DNA of 64,000 nt from a virus: IMG/VR virus record IMGVR_UViG_3300007504_000006, positions 22,249-86,248 of that record; one strand, written 5' to 3'. Each line of letters starts with the position of its first letter. The stretch's first letter is position 1. The position numbers and the translations under genes are program-made. The notes beneath the pieces were generated by a model. The model ran no database searches. It was given only the letters and a program-made list of their open reading frames with translations, and was not told the DNA's origin. Positions 39,756 to 50,083 of the stretch are shown in pieces.

Positions 39756-41303
39756 ATGGCAACAGGTACAACAACAAAACAAACATTATTAGATCAAATA
39801 GATAGTAAAGTAACGACTGCAAATGCAACAGAAGTATCGCAACTTGCTAAATCTATTAATAATGTACAAGAAGTAGTTCAAGAGGATAGGGTATTTTCTC
39901 AGCATCCAAGAGGGTCAAATGAATTGTATTTTGAACGAGATGCAGAATTTGTTATTTGGTGTGGTAGACAACAAAATCATGACTATGCTGGTGGTGGTTC
40001 TCTTATATATGATAGTAATTTAGATATTTACGATAGTACTAAATTTGCAGGATATCATTGTTATAATGGAGGTGTTGATGGTACATATGGTCATCATGGT
40101 TGGGGTTCAACCGAAGCATGGGATCATGGTGGAAATCATTGTTGGTTAGACACTACCTGCCATTCACATCAATATCATTGTTATATTGCTGGAACAGATG
40201 CAATAGGTGAATTAGGCCATTATAGATTAAAAATGGGAGAAGGCGGACATATAGGTTATTATACTTCTCATTTAGGTACCTTTAGAAATCGAGAAATGTC
40301 TAAAATAGGATCTTGGGAAGTCCGTGATAATAGATATTATGTTACCTATACTCATAATCAATGTGGTATTCTCAATAGATTTATGACAGAACATGGTAGA
40401 GCAACTGCAACATCAACAAAACATATACCTGGTCAAACAGGTAACAATTATGGTTGTACCTCATTTAACAGAAAACGAAAAGAAGCGGTTTTTATTAATC
40501 CTGCTCAACCTGTAATGGATTATGCTAGTCATCATTTAACTTCTACAAATAGTCATCACTGGAATGCTATTACTAATGGTGGTGAGATGTACGCTATGGA
40601 AGGCAACCAAATGAATAGGCATCGTTGCCGAATATATTATGGTATCCAGCAGATTGATGGTGCAACTAACTTAGAAAAAGTATTAGATGATAAAACTGCA
40701 AAAAATTTATACTTTAATTGGATTTATGGTATGAATAATAGTTATATAGGTTCACATTGGCAACAAAAATGTACTTTAGTTGATAATGGATCTATTTTTG
40801 CAATGACACAAAATCCATATAACTCGTATACATTGGCAAGATTAGTTAGACAACGAGATGATAGAGCAATTAGGTTTGAAACAAGACAGACACAACGATG
40901 TAACAATTGCTACGGTCAACATGACAATCACACCGCAGGTGTGAGAATTGTAATGAGTAGAAATAAACGTAATGTATGCATGTTTGGACCATATTATTAT
41001 TATGGCGCAGGAATGTGCGGTTGGATTATTGCAAGAGATACATCAAGAGAATATCCGGAATTATGGAGTTACCATACAAGTCACGGAGTACAAATAAGTC
41101 CATTTAGAGATGCAGATTTTTATTTACATGTGTCGCATGATTGGAATGATTGGAGCGGTTATAATAAAACTTCAAGAATAGCTTTTCAAAACGGAAAAGG
41201 ACATTTTGAATCGTATTGGGTTGGTAATCAAATGGATTCAAATGGGCACACTACACAACATCCGGCAGTTTGTCCACTTCATAAAGACGGTTTAACATAT
41301 TAA
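39756..41303 (+). CDS. His/Trp/Tyr/Cys-rich virion protein, paralog 1
   Basis: Shares the KQ.L.D.I N-terminus, GELGHYR, LVDNG, MSRN and C-terminal HTT.HP..CP with the three downstream genes. Confidence 0.7.
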   Translation: MATGTTTKQTLLDQIDSKVTTANATEVSQLAKSINNVQEVVQEDRVFSQHPRGSNELYFERDAEFVIWCGRQQNHDYAGGGSLIYDSNLDIYDSTKFAGYHCYNGGVDGTYGHHGWGSTEAWDHGGNHCWLDTTCHSHQYHCYIAGTDAIGELGHYRLKMGEGGHIGYYTSHLGTFRNREMSKIGSWEVRDNRYYVTYTHNQCGILNRFMTEHGRATATSTKHIPGQTGNNYGCTSFNRKRKEAVFINPAQPVMDYASHHLTSTNSHHWNAITNGGEMYAMEGNQMNRHRCRIYYGIQQIDGATNLEKVLDDKTAKNLYFNWIYGMNNSYIGSHWQQKCTLVDNGSIFAMTQNPYNSYTLARLVRQRDDRAIRFETRQTQRCNNCYGQHDNHTAGVRIVMSRNKRNVCMFGPYYYYGAGMCGWIIARDTSREYPELWSYHTSHGVQISPFRDADFYLHVSHDWNDWSGYNKTSRIAFQNGKGHFESYWVGNQMDSNGHTTQHPAVCPLHKDGLTY

Positions 41304-41315
41304 GGTGATTTAACA

Positions 41316-42749
41316 ATGGCAAATGAAACTATTAAACAAGCAAAAGATGCAGTTTTAGATAGAATAACAACATTAGCAGAAGATGCTAATACAAATGCTT
41401 CAGATACTATATTATTAACAGATGCATTAACAACAGTTAATGATGGAGTAGATGAAACTACAGCAATTAAACCAGCACCAGATTATCATTATCGTAATAC
41501 TAGACCAGAATATGGTGTATGGTCTTCACACCATAGTCATGGTGGTGGAGGAACAATTGTTGATGAATTAGCATATCCTATTAGACAACGAGGATATTGG
41601 CATAGTAGTTATGAAGATACTGCCGATGGTTGTTGGAATGGTATTTATTCCGGCGGAATGAAAGAACAATGGGCTGATAATAACTGTTATTATAGATGTA
41701 ATGATCATGCACCAACCGGTGCAGATTGTTATTTAAATGGTACAACTTCTTGCGGTGAATTAGGTCATTATAGAATGATTATGGGCTATCGAGCGTTAGA
41801 AACCGTTAGAGTTTCAGGTTGGGCAGATAATTATAGAACAGAAAATTTTTATGCAGGTAATGCAGAATTAGATGATAGAGAATGTTATCTAAAATATCAA
41901 AATCAAACTGTTCATTTACGTTTGCGACATTTAGCATATGATCAAACTGCATTAAGTTCATATGATACCACTAATAATACTAATAATAATAGAGGTGGAG
42001 TTTCATTTAATAAAACAGCCCAAGAATTAGTTGTTCTTAATAGAAAAGGAACAACAAGTACAATGACTATAAAACTTTTTAAAGGCATAACCGGTGGAAT
42101 AAATCGAAAAACAGATATAAATGCTCTTTTAGCGGCAAGAGTTACTGCTGGAGATTCTGTTGCATTAGATTTTGTGCTTGCCGATGGATATGATGCAGGT
42201 AATTTAGAAACATTTGAGAATAATAAAATTGTATTATGTGATGACGGATCTATGTATGTAACTACTCATGAACCTAGTAATTACCTTCATATTGCAAAAT
42301 TAACAAGAAATATTTCTGATACAACTCTTTCATATGGAGGTCATGCTCAACGACAATTAGGATCTCCTACTTATGGTCAGGCTAATAGTGCAGGACATGG
42401 ACAATTATCAGTACAAAGTAGAGATAAGAAAAATATATTCTTGTTTGTTCCGTATTATGATTATCAAAGAGGCATTATTAGTTTTATTGTTAGTAAAGAT
42501 AGGAATGATTATTCTCAAGGTTATAATTGGGAAACCACTTCATATGGAGCCCAGGTAGGACCATATGGTGATAAAGGATTTGCTATTTGCAGAAGTCATA
42601 ACTGGGATTGGCCTGGCTCTCAATCATTAATATGTATGATACAAAAAGAAACAGATGGAACATGGATCGAAACAGATACAGGCGGACAAATGGATAATAA
42701 CAGTTGGTGGACAACAATGTATCCATGCTTAGTACCAATGAATATGTGA
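41316..42749 (+). CDS. His/Trp/Tyr/Cys-rich virion protein, paralog 2
   Basis: As above (CGELGHYR, LCDDG, QSRD, TTMYPCLVP). Confidence 0.7.
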   Translation: MANETIKQAKDAVLDRITTLAEDANTNASDTILLTDALTTVNDGVDETTAIKPAPDYHYRNTRPEYGVWSSHHSHGGGGTIVDELAYPIRQRGYWHSSYEDTADGCWNGIYSGGMKEQWADNNCYYRCNDHAPTGADCYLNGTTSCGELGHYRMIMGYRALETVRVSGWADNYRTENFYAGNAELDDRECYLKYQNQTVHLRLRHLAYDQTALSSYDTTNNTNNNRGGVSFNKTAQELVVLNRKGTTSTMTIKLFKGITGGINRKTDINALLAARVTAGDSVALDFVLADGYDAGNLETFENNKIVLCDDGSMYVTTHEPSNYLHIAKLTRNISDTTLSYGGHAQRQLGSPTYGQANSAGHGQLSVQSRDKKNIFLFVPYYDYQRGIISFIVSKDRNDYSQGYNWETTSYGAQVGPYGDKGFAICRSHNWDWPGSQSLICMIQKETDGTWIETDTGGQMDNNSWWTTMYPCLVPMNM

Positions 42750-42761
42750 GGAAAATAAAAA

Positions 42762-44585
42762 ATGCAAATGAACCAAGAACGAGTGGACGAGTTAGTTCCT
42801 CGAAAAGAAACTGTAGTTAAACAAAAATTAATTGATAAAATTAATGCACTAGGTGCTGATTCAAGTACTACAGCAAAAGATTTAACTTATTTGTCTAAAT
42901 CCTTAGAAGTTTTAAATAAAAAAGTTAAAGCAGATACGTACACAGATGGGTCAGGTCCTGATACTTTCGGAAAGCGACCAGTACAACAAGAAGTACCTCA
43001 TAATGCTATGCCTGGATGGAATACTGGAAGAGGCGAACATAGAAATGCATCTCCTGCTCAATTTGGTATATATACTTCACATTATTCATGGTCATGTGGT
43101 GTAACAATTTATGATGAAAAATGTGAACCGATGACTAATTCTCGTTGGTCATGGTGCCATCATTATGGTGGTACTACTGGCGGACAATACGGACCTTGGT
43201 CAACAGGACAAAGAAGTGCATGTTGGGATTGGAACAGTAATCCTTGTTATTTTAATACCCATACCCATACATCGGGTAGTCATTGTTATAGTAACGGTGC
43301 AGATTCATGCGGACCTCATGGTAATAGCAATTTGATTACATCGCCTGCGGCATCGTTATCCACTGTTTTTTGGAATAATGAAAATAACCAAGCAAGCGGT
43401 ATTGGTATGCGTCATGAAAAAAGAAACGAACAAGTTGAAACCGGTAATTACGAACCAACAGACAAATATACATATTTAATATACCAAAATCAAACAATTA
43501 GATTACGAAATAAAAAAGTTATGCCTGGCGCGGCAAACTTAGATTATTCACAAAAACCTTCAACAAATGGGGATACAGGCTCATATGGTTCATTATCACA
43601 TAATGCAGAACGAAAAGAATTAGCAGTTTTAAATAGAGATTCTTCTGTACAAGATCAAGAATCAGCTACTGGTTATTATTTTGATACAAAAATTTATAAA
43701 AATGTACCTGATATTAATTTAAATACAAATTTAGCAACTGCATTAGATAATGCATCTGCGGCTTCAATGCAAAGCAGAATTGAAGAAGGACAAGACACGT
43801 CAGGAAAAGGTGTTTACACTCCGATTTCCAATGATGGAAATAGTTTAGAATACAGTATTCGAGGTAGATCTGTGTACGCAAACAAACTTTATCATCCAAC
43901 AGACAGAGCTGAAAGTTGGCAAGGTATTAAAATTGTACTAGTAGATACAGGTGATATTTATTGGAGTGTTACAACTAGCGAATGTCATTCTTTACATAGA
44001 TGCAATAGATATACAGTAGACGGAGTAACTAACGATGACTATTTCACATGGGGTTTTGTACCAACATGGAGTAAAATGGCAGCCATGGCAGGTTACAAAG
44101 GCCAGGATGAATTTTTAAATGAAGATGTAATAGGATATGATAATCGCCCAGAAGTTATGGATTATCATTATTGTAATGACATTTATGGCAGAGAAGCAGG
44201 AGGAACTCATCCAAATGGAACATCTGCAGGTTGTGGTCATGTTAACATTATGAGTAGAAATCACAGAAATGTTATTTTGCAATCACCATTTTATAATTAT
44301 GGATGTGGCATGTCGTCATGGATAGTAGATAAACGATTTAGCAGGTATCAAATTGCATGGTATGTAAGAGATACAACATATGGATGTCAATGGGGTCCAT
44401 TTGGTGAAGAAGGTTTTGTTGCAAGTTTTAGTCGTAATAAACACGGATCAGACTCCGCATATCGTTTATATCTTATGAGACAAGATCAAAATACTGGTAC
44501 ATGGATGCGGAGTGATATGTCAAGAGCAATGGCATCAACTAATCCTAATTACACAACTTACCCAACATTGATACCGATTATATAA
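42762..44585 (+). CDS. His/Trp/Tyr/Cys-rich virion protein, paralog 3
   Basis: As above (SCGPHGN, LVDTG, MSRN, TTYPTLIP). Confidence 0.7.
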   Translation: MQMNQERVDELVPRKETVVKQKLIDKINALGADSSTTAKDLTYLSKSLEVLNKKVKADTYTDGSGPDTFGKRPVQQEVPHNAMPGWNTGRGEHRNASPAQFGIYTSHYSWSCGVTIYDEKCEPMTNSRWSWCHHYGGTTGGQYGPWSTGQRSACWDWNSNPCYFNTHTHTSGSHCYSNGADSCGPHGNSNLITSPAASLSTVFWNNENNQASGIGMRHEKRNEQVETGNYEPTDKYTYLIYQNQTIRLRNKKVMPGAANLDYSQKPSTNGDTGSYGSLSHNAERKELAVLNRDSSVQDQESATGYYFDTKIYKNVPDINLNTNLATALDNASAASMQSRIEEGQDTSGKGVYTPISNDGNSLEYSIRGRSVYANKLYHPTDRAESWQGIKIVLVDTGDIYWSVTTSECHSLHRCNRYTVDGVTNDDYFTWGFVPTWSKMAAMAGYKGQDEFLNEDVIGYDNRPEVMDYHYCNDIYGREAGGTHPNGTSAGCGHVNIMSRNHRNVILQSPFYNYGCGMSSWIVDKRFSRYQIAWYVRDTTYGCQWGPFGEEGFVASFSRNKHGSDSAYRLYLMRQDQNTGTWMRSDMSRAMASTNPNYTTYPTLIPII

Positions 44586-44599
44586 TACAAGGAAAATAA

Positions 44600-46552
44600 A
44601 TGGCAACTTTTAATAGCATAAAACAAAAATTAATAGATAGAGTGTATAATTTAGCACCTTCTGCTAGTGCCGCTGACACTAATTTTTTAGCAAAAGCATT
44701 AGATCAAATAGAATCTAATCCTAAAGAAACTTATAAAGGTAGGGTTAATTTAGAAAATGCAGAGTTAAATGAACAAGGGCTAGATAGAGAACGAGCAACC
44801 CAATCTACTTCTACTTCTGCAATTTCTCCGTTAGGCGGAGGAATTCATAGAGAACAACAAACACGATCAGATGGTGAAATGGGTGTTTATACAAACTATG
44901 AAAATAGTAAAGGCCAACGTGATGAAGCAAGACCGCAGTTTGCTATTTGGAGTGCTCATAGTAATTATTCAGGCGGAAGTATTACATATGATCAATATTT
45001 TAGACCTTATGAACGAAGAGGATATAAAACACAAGGCAGTCATTGGTATACAGGGGGTGATGGTGGAGAATCTACAGGAATATATTCAAGCCATCAAAAA
45101 CATTGGGGTGCTCATAATAATCATTGTTGGTTAAAAACAGGATGTCATGCTACAACAAGTAATACAAGTACAGGTGAACAACATCCAAGTGGAACTGATG
45201 CAGTAGGCGAATGTGGTCATTATAGAATTAAAATGGGGCATGGTTCCTCTGAAACATCAAGATTTCATGATTATGGTAATGCATTTAGATACGAAAATGT
45301 AGAAGCAGGTAGTTGTGATTTAGAACATAGACAAAATTATATGAAATATCAAGGAAAATGGGTTCATTTAAGAGAGAAATGGATGCCAGGGACACATGTA
45401 ACATGGGCAAGTCATGATGCATGGGCTATGTACGAATATAAAGGTTCTCCTTCTATGTATGAAATTACATATAATGAAACTGTTAACCCTGCATCTGGAT
45501 ACGGAACATTAAGTTATAATAAAACTAGACAAGAATTTGTAGTTGCTAATCAGTTAGCAGATGGCGCTAACCCTTATATTATGAAAGTTTTTACTAATGT
45601 TCCAAAAATAGATAGACTAACTTGTTTAGAAGATGTGTTAAAAGAAGAAAATGCAGTATACGTATATTTTTCTTGGGGATCAGGCTTTAACTCTGCAAAT
45701 GCAGAATCACAACGATGCGGTAAATTTACTTTAGTAGATGACGGAACTGTATTTGCTACTATGATGAATTTAAGTAATGATTTTAATTTAGGAAAAATAG
45801 ATAATACATGGCGTGATAAATCAACACAAGCAACAGTTGATCAACAAAGTAATAAAGTATATAGATTAGTTATTACTAATCCTGGAAAAGGATATCAATC
45901 TAATCCTACTATTACTATTGCGGCTCCAGCTGATACTGTTAATGGTACTCAAGCAACAGGTACAGTTACAGTAACAAAAGGTAAAGCAACTGCTACAACA
46001 ATAACCGATGCTGGTACTCATTATGATTTTTCAGTAGAACCACATCCGGTTGTAACAGTAGATAATGGTTCAACAGGTGGAACAGGAATGGAAATTACGG
46101 CTTGTTTAGTTACTGTAGGAACATTTACAGGATTAGATTCTCAATCATTAAGCAGTCCAACATATGGTAGAGATTCAGGTCCATATGGTCAGCGAATTGT
46201 AATGAGTAGAGACAGACAAAAAGTATATCATTATTGCCAATATTCGGGATTAAGATGTGGAATGAGAAGTTGGATTATTGATAAAAAGAATAGTGCATAT
46301 TCAACTGGCGAATCTAACAGTAATACAACGCATGGATGGCAGGTTGTTGCATTCGGCGAAGAAGATTTTTATGTTCATCATGGTGATGATTGGGATAATC
46401 CTGATTCAGGAAACCAACATCATGGTTATGTTTGGTATCAAGTTTCACCTCATGACGGAACATCGACTTCTTGGAAAAGTAATATGATTGGTAAACATTT
46501 GGACTTAATGGCACATACAACAAATTATCCATGTGTAGTACCAATCTTCTGA
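44600..46552 (+). CDS. His/Trp/Tyr/Cys-rich virion protein, paralog 4 (with inserted beta-rich module)
   Basis: As above (GECGHYR, LVDDG, MSRD, TTNYPCVVP), plus an ITNPGKGY.S.PTITI insert. Confidence 0.7.
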   Translation: MATFNSIKQKLIDRVYNLAPSASAADTNFLAKALDQIESNPKETYKGRVNLENAELNEQGLDRERATQSTSTSAISPLGGGIHREQQTRSDGEMGVYTNYENSKGQRDEARPQFAIWSAHSNYSGGSITYDQYFRPYERRGYKTQGSHWYTGGDGGESTGIYSSHQKHWGAHNNHCWLKTGCHATTSNTSTGEQHPSGTDAVGECGHYRIKMGHGSSETSRFHDYGNAFRYENVEAGSCDLEHRQNYMKYQGKWVHLREKWMPGTHVTWASHDAWAMYEYKGSPSMYEITYNETVNPASGYGTLSYNKTRQEFVVANQLADGANPYIMKVFTNVPKIDRLTCLEDVLKEENAVYVYFSWGSGFNSANAESQRCGKFTLVDDGTVFATMMNLSNDFNLGKIDNTWRDKSTQATVDQQSNKVYRLVITNPGKGYQSNPTITIAAPADTVNGTQATGTVTVTKGKATATTITDAGTHYDFSVEPHPVVTVDNGSTGGTGMEITACLVTVGTFTGLDSQSLSSPTYGRDSGPYGQRIVMSRDRQKVYHYCQYSGLRCGMRSWIIDKKNSAYSTGESNSNTTHGWQVVAFGEEDFYVHHGDDWDNPDSGNQHHGYVWYQVSPHDGTSTSWKSNMIGKHLDLMAHTTNYPCVVPIF

Positions 46553-46629
46553 AAGGTATAAATATATAAAACAACTTGTAAAATGAAGGTTTGCAAGAGA
46601 TAAATATATTGTAAGTAAAAGGATTACAA

Positions 46630-47244
46630 ATGGCAAAAATAGATTTTGATACAAAAAATATTGGAAAGAAAATTCACGATGATGGTGAATTTGATTTACC
46701 TGCTCACTTACACAGCGGTGAAGGACAAGACTTAACTTTGCCATCTAGATACGGCATTAATAAATCAGAAGATCCTGTTATCATATTTGATAGATATCCT
46801 GGTTGGACAGATGCCGCGGCTAAAACTGAATTAGACAGAATTTGGGCTGACGATGTTTGGCCGAGTAGAATTTCTCTATTTTTAGCCGCTACTGAACAAA
46901 TAAAAGCAGAGGCAAATGCTAGATTTAGAGAATCGGGATGGAAATTAGAAAAAGCATTAGATACCGCCGGTGGCGATTGGTCACATGCAGATGTAGTTGC
47001 CGCTTTAGCAGATAGAGAATCATGTCGAACTAAATCAGGTGAACACGAGCAAAAAATTAAAGAAGCATTATTAGCAAGAAAACACCCTGATGATTGGCCG
47101 TCCCCCGATGATTGGACTTGCCCGTTAGCAGATCAACATAAACCAGTACAAGATGGTTCGGATACAGCAGAAAGTATTGCGGCATCAAAAGCCGACCGAG
47201 CTAAAGATGAATGGAGTGTTGAAGATCCAGGATCTGGACTTTAA
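46630..47244 (+). CDS. Putative tail-fibre assembly chaperone
   Basis: IKAEANARFRESGWKLEKA...RESCRTKS helical motif; follows the fibre genes; TATAAATA at 46557 and GATAAATA at 46599. Confidence 0.5.
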   Translation: MAKIDFDTKNIGKKIHDDGEFDLPAHLHSGEGQDLTLPSRYGINKSEDPVIIFDRYPGWTDAAAKTELDRIWADDVWPSRISLFLAATEQIKAEANARFRESGWKLEKALDTAGGDWSHADVVAALADRESCRTKSGEHEQKIKEALLARKHPDDWPSPDDWTCPLADQHKPVQDGSDTAESIAASKADRAKDEWSVEDPGSGL

Positions 47245-48959
47245 AACATAGTTGTTATACTTTCAATATATTGGCGAGACTCTTTTACTTGTGAGTCTCG
47301 CAATTCATCTACATGATCTAACCACTCATATTGATCTATAATATCATAAGCATATTCACAAAAAACATCATTTAACCATTTTCTATGTGTCAATCTACCT
47401 AAAATAGTTCTAAGAGCTTGCAAATATTCTTTAGGAGTCCTATCTTCTAATATTGCTCTCTCATCACCTAAAGCACCAGATCTATATGATTCTTCTTGTC
47501 TTGGGGTTATCCAAACTTTAGATAAATCCCAACCATCTATTTCTGTTCCCATTTCGTTTCCTGCAGATAATAAACTAAAAGCAGGTCTTCCAAAAAATAA
47601 ATGTTGTTGTTTATAGTTCATAACATTAGATCCGATTTTTATATATTTTTCTCGTTTTGATTGCCAGTCTATCCAATATTTAGATCTATTATTTTGATTA
47701 AATGCATAGTGAGCACCTATGTAATCTACAGTACATGAAAATGTATCATGTACATATTTGTTATACATATCTATTTTTTCTTGATCCCATAAGAAAAAAT
47801 AATTTATATCTGTTTCAAGAGCTCCTTGGTCCCATGCACCAATAGATACCATTTGAACATCTTGAGGTAATTTATTTTGTTTTATTAATGATAAAAATGA
47901 TATTAAATTATTATGCATAAAAAATATAGAAGTACTTTCTAATGGTTCTACAAATCCTGCAGATAAACCACATGTAATCCAGTTAGTACCTGCTTGTTTT
48001 TCATAACATTCTGTTTCAAATTTAATTAATTGGCATTCCTCATCTTTAATTCTATCACCTTCATAACTATCTTTAAATTCTTGTAATGCATCTTCATCTG
48101 AAATATATTTAGAACTAAACACATAACCTGTTCCTATTCTATCACGTAAGCCAATTTGCCAACGCCAGCCTGCATCCATGGCTTGGCATTCGACACAGGA
48201 CAAATAAGGTAATTCACTTTCTTTATCTACATAATCTATTCTTGTTGCCCACGCCCTGTCATTTGTAATATCTTCATTAAATTTTTTAGGAGTATAACCA
48301 CATGCATTTGGAACCAATCGTTTAAAACCACTACAATCAATAAAAAAGTCTCCTTCTATTCGAGTTCCGTCTTCTGCTGTTAAATAATCTATTTTATCTT
48401 CATCTATAATATTAACTTCTTTAATCTTTTTATCTAATATTTTTCCACCTAATTTTAATCCATGCTCCATTAATGCTTTACCTAATAATACTGCATCTAT
48501 ATTATAAGCATATTCTCTCCACATTTTAGGTAAAGGTGTGTCCCAATGTTCTTTTTTTAGAAAAGGCGATTTATTTGCTAATGCTAATTTTAATCCGCAC
48601 CAACTTTCCCAGTATTCTTTCATAGGACGTTGAAAACTTACCATATCATGATATTCCATCGCAAAAAGACCTATGGGAGTAAAATATGAATGATCTTCTC
48701 GTAACCAATCTTTACAATGAACCGAAAATTTAATAGATCCTCGTGCATCACCTAAACATGCTTTTTCAGGATCCATTCCACATATTTCTAAAAATGTATT
48801 AATGTTTCCTACGGTTGCTTCTCCAACACCTACTATAGGTATTTCCTTAGATGCAATCATTGTTACATCACAAATATGACCTAATTTTTTTTGTAAAAAA
48901 GCGAAGGCACTAGCTCCAGCGGTACCCCCGCCTATTATAATAATTTTTTTCTTTTCCAT
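47241..48959 (-). CDS. Flavin-dependent (tryptophan-type) halogenase
   Basis: GGGTAG, GVGEAT, Lys at the catalytic position (SIKFSV), FIDCSGF, GWRWQI and GFVEPLESTS. Confidence 0.88.
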   Translation of the reverse strand: MEKKKIIIIGGGTAGASAFAFLQKKLGHICDVTMIASKEIPIVGVGEATVGNINTFLEICGMDPEKACLGDARGSIKFSVHCKDWLREDHSYFTPIGLFAMEYHDMVSFQRPMKEYWESWCGLKLALANKSPFLKKEHWDTPLPKMWREYAYNIDAVLLGKALMEHGLKLGGKILDKKIKEVNIIDEDKIDYLTAEDGTRIEGDFFIDCSGFKRLVPNACGYTPKKFNEDITNDRAWATRIDYVDKESELPYLSCVECQAMDAGWRWQIGLRDRIGTGYVFSSKYISDEDALQEFKDSYEGDRIKDEECQLIKFETECYEKQAGTNWITCGLSAGFVEPLESTSIFFMHNNLISFLSLIKQNKLPQDVQMVSIGAWDQGALETDINYFFLWDQEKIDMYNKYVHDTFSCTVDYIGAHYAFNQNNRSKYWIDWQSKREKYIKIGSNVMNYKQQHLFFGRPAFSLLSAGNEMGTEIDGWDLSKVWITPRQEESYRSGALGDERAILEDRTPKEYLQALRTILGRLTHRKWLNDVFCEYAYDIIDQYEWLDHVDELRDSQVKESRQYIESITTMF

Positions 48960-48995
48960 AATTCCTTGAATAAATATTAATAAAGAGATTGTAAA

Positions 48996-49733
48996 ATGGC
49001 ATATATCGGTTTTGACGTAGAAAATAGATTACACAATACAGCATTTACATTTGATAGTTACACCTCGGATGGTGTCACTTCTATTTATGCTTTAAGTGTA
49101 CCCAAGCCTTTAACATCTAGGGCGATACTTGTAAGTTTTGATGGTTTAACACAACAACCCGAATTAGACTATACCTTAGATGGTGAGTCAAATTTAAAAA
49201 TATTAAATGTTCCAGCAAATACTACACAAATACAAATTTTACATTTAACTAGACCTGTACAGTTACATACTATACCGGATAAATCTATTAGTTCCAGCAA
49301 ATTAGTTGGAGATTTACAAACACCTGGTAATTTAATAGTAGGTGGTAAATTAACAATACTTGGTGGAGAAGAAGAATCTGTTAGTACAGTTTTTCCTGCA
49401 TTATCTGTTCAAGCATCAACAATTCTTATAAATGCTGATGAAAGTGGTTCAGGTGTAACCGTTGGTTCAGCAGGTATAAAAATTGATAGAGGTCAATTAG
49501 CAGATAAATCCTTTGTATGGGACGATACAGTAGATAAATGGTCAACACAAGGCGAAACATTACTTGCCCCTATAGAAGGAACTGTTACTGGTTCAGCAAC
49601 ATTAAATGTTCTTAAAGCAGGCGATGTAATGACCGGTGAATTAACCTTATCAGGTGATCCTACCCAAGAAGACTCTGCCGCAACTAAATCTTATGTTGAC
49701 AGAAAAGCGTTTGTTAATGCTCTTTTATTCTAA
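48996..49733 (+). CDS. Baseplate/fibre structural protein
   Basis: V..DG..Q.P..DY motif, AGI.IDRG....FVWD and AATKSYVD. Confidence 0.65.
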   Translation: MAYIGFDVENRLHNTAFTFDSYTSDGVTSIYALSVPKPLTSRAILVSFDGLTQQPELDYTLDGESNLKILNVPANTTQIQILHLTRPVQLHTIPDKSISSSKLVGDLQTPGNLIVGGKLTILGGEEESVSTVFPALSVQASTILINADESGSGVTVGSAGIKIDRGQLADKSFVWDDTVDKWSTQGETLLAPIEGTVTGSATLNVLKAGDVMTGELTLSGDPTQEDSAATKSYVDRKAFVNALLF

Positions 49734-49758
49734 ATAAATATAATAAAAGAGATTAGGT

Positions 49759-50073
49759 ATGGCTTTAACATCAACAGTAGTTGCAAATTCTAACACAACA
49801 ATTATTTCTGGTACTGCCAATAAAGTAAGAGCAGTTACATGTATATTTTTCTGTAATACACATGCTACAGACGCTGATTCAATTACGGTCTATGCTGTTC
49901 CTAATACTGGAAGTGCCGGAGACAATAATACTATTATAAAGTCTGCAGAAATAAATGCAACCGATACTTTAACATTTGATACAGAAAAACTATTATTAGA
50001 TGACGGAGATTCTCTTATAGGAGTATGTACTACTGGAACTATTAGTGCAACCGCATCCTATACAGATGTATAA
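49759..50073 (+). CDS. Small structural protein
   Basis: FCNT...I.VYAVP...EKLLL.DGD; late promoter at ~49735. Confidence 0.6.
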   Translation: MALTSTVVANSNTTIISGTANKVRAVTCIFFCNTHATDADSITVYAVPNTGSAGDNNTIIKSAEINATDTLTFDTEKLLLDDGDSLIGVCTTGTISATASYTDV

Positions 50074-50083
50074 GGAAAAATGA

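Noticed and set aside
39756-46552. Diversity-generating retroelement acting on the four paralogs
   Set aside because: No reverse transcriptase and no near-identical template/variable repeat pair differing at adenines was seen in the window.
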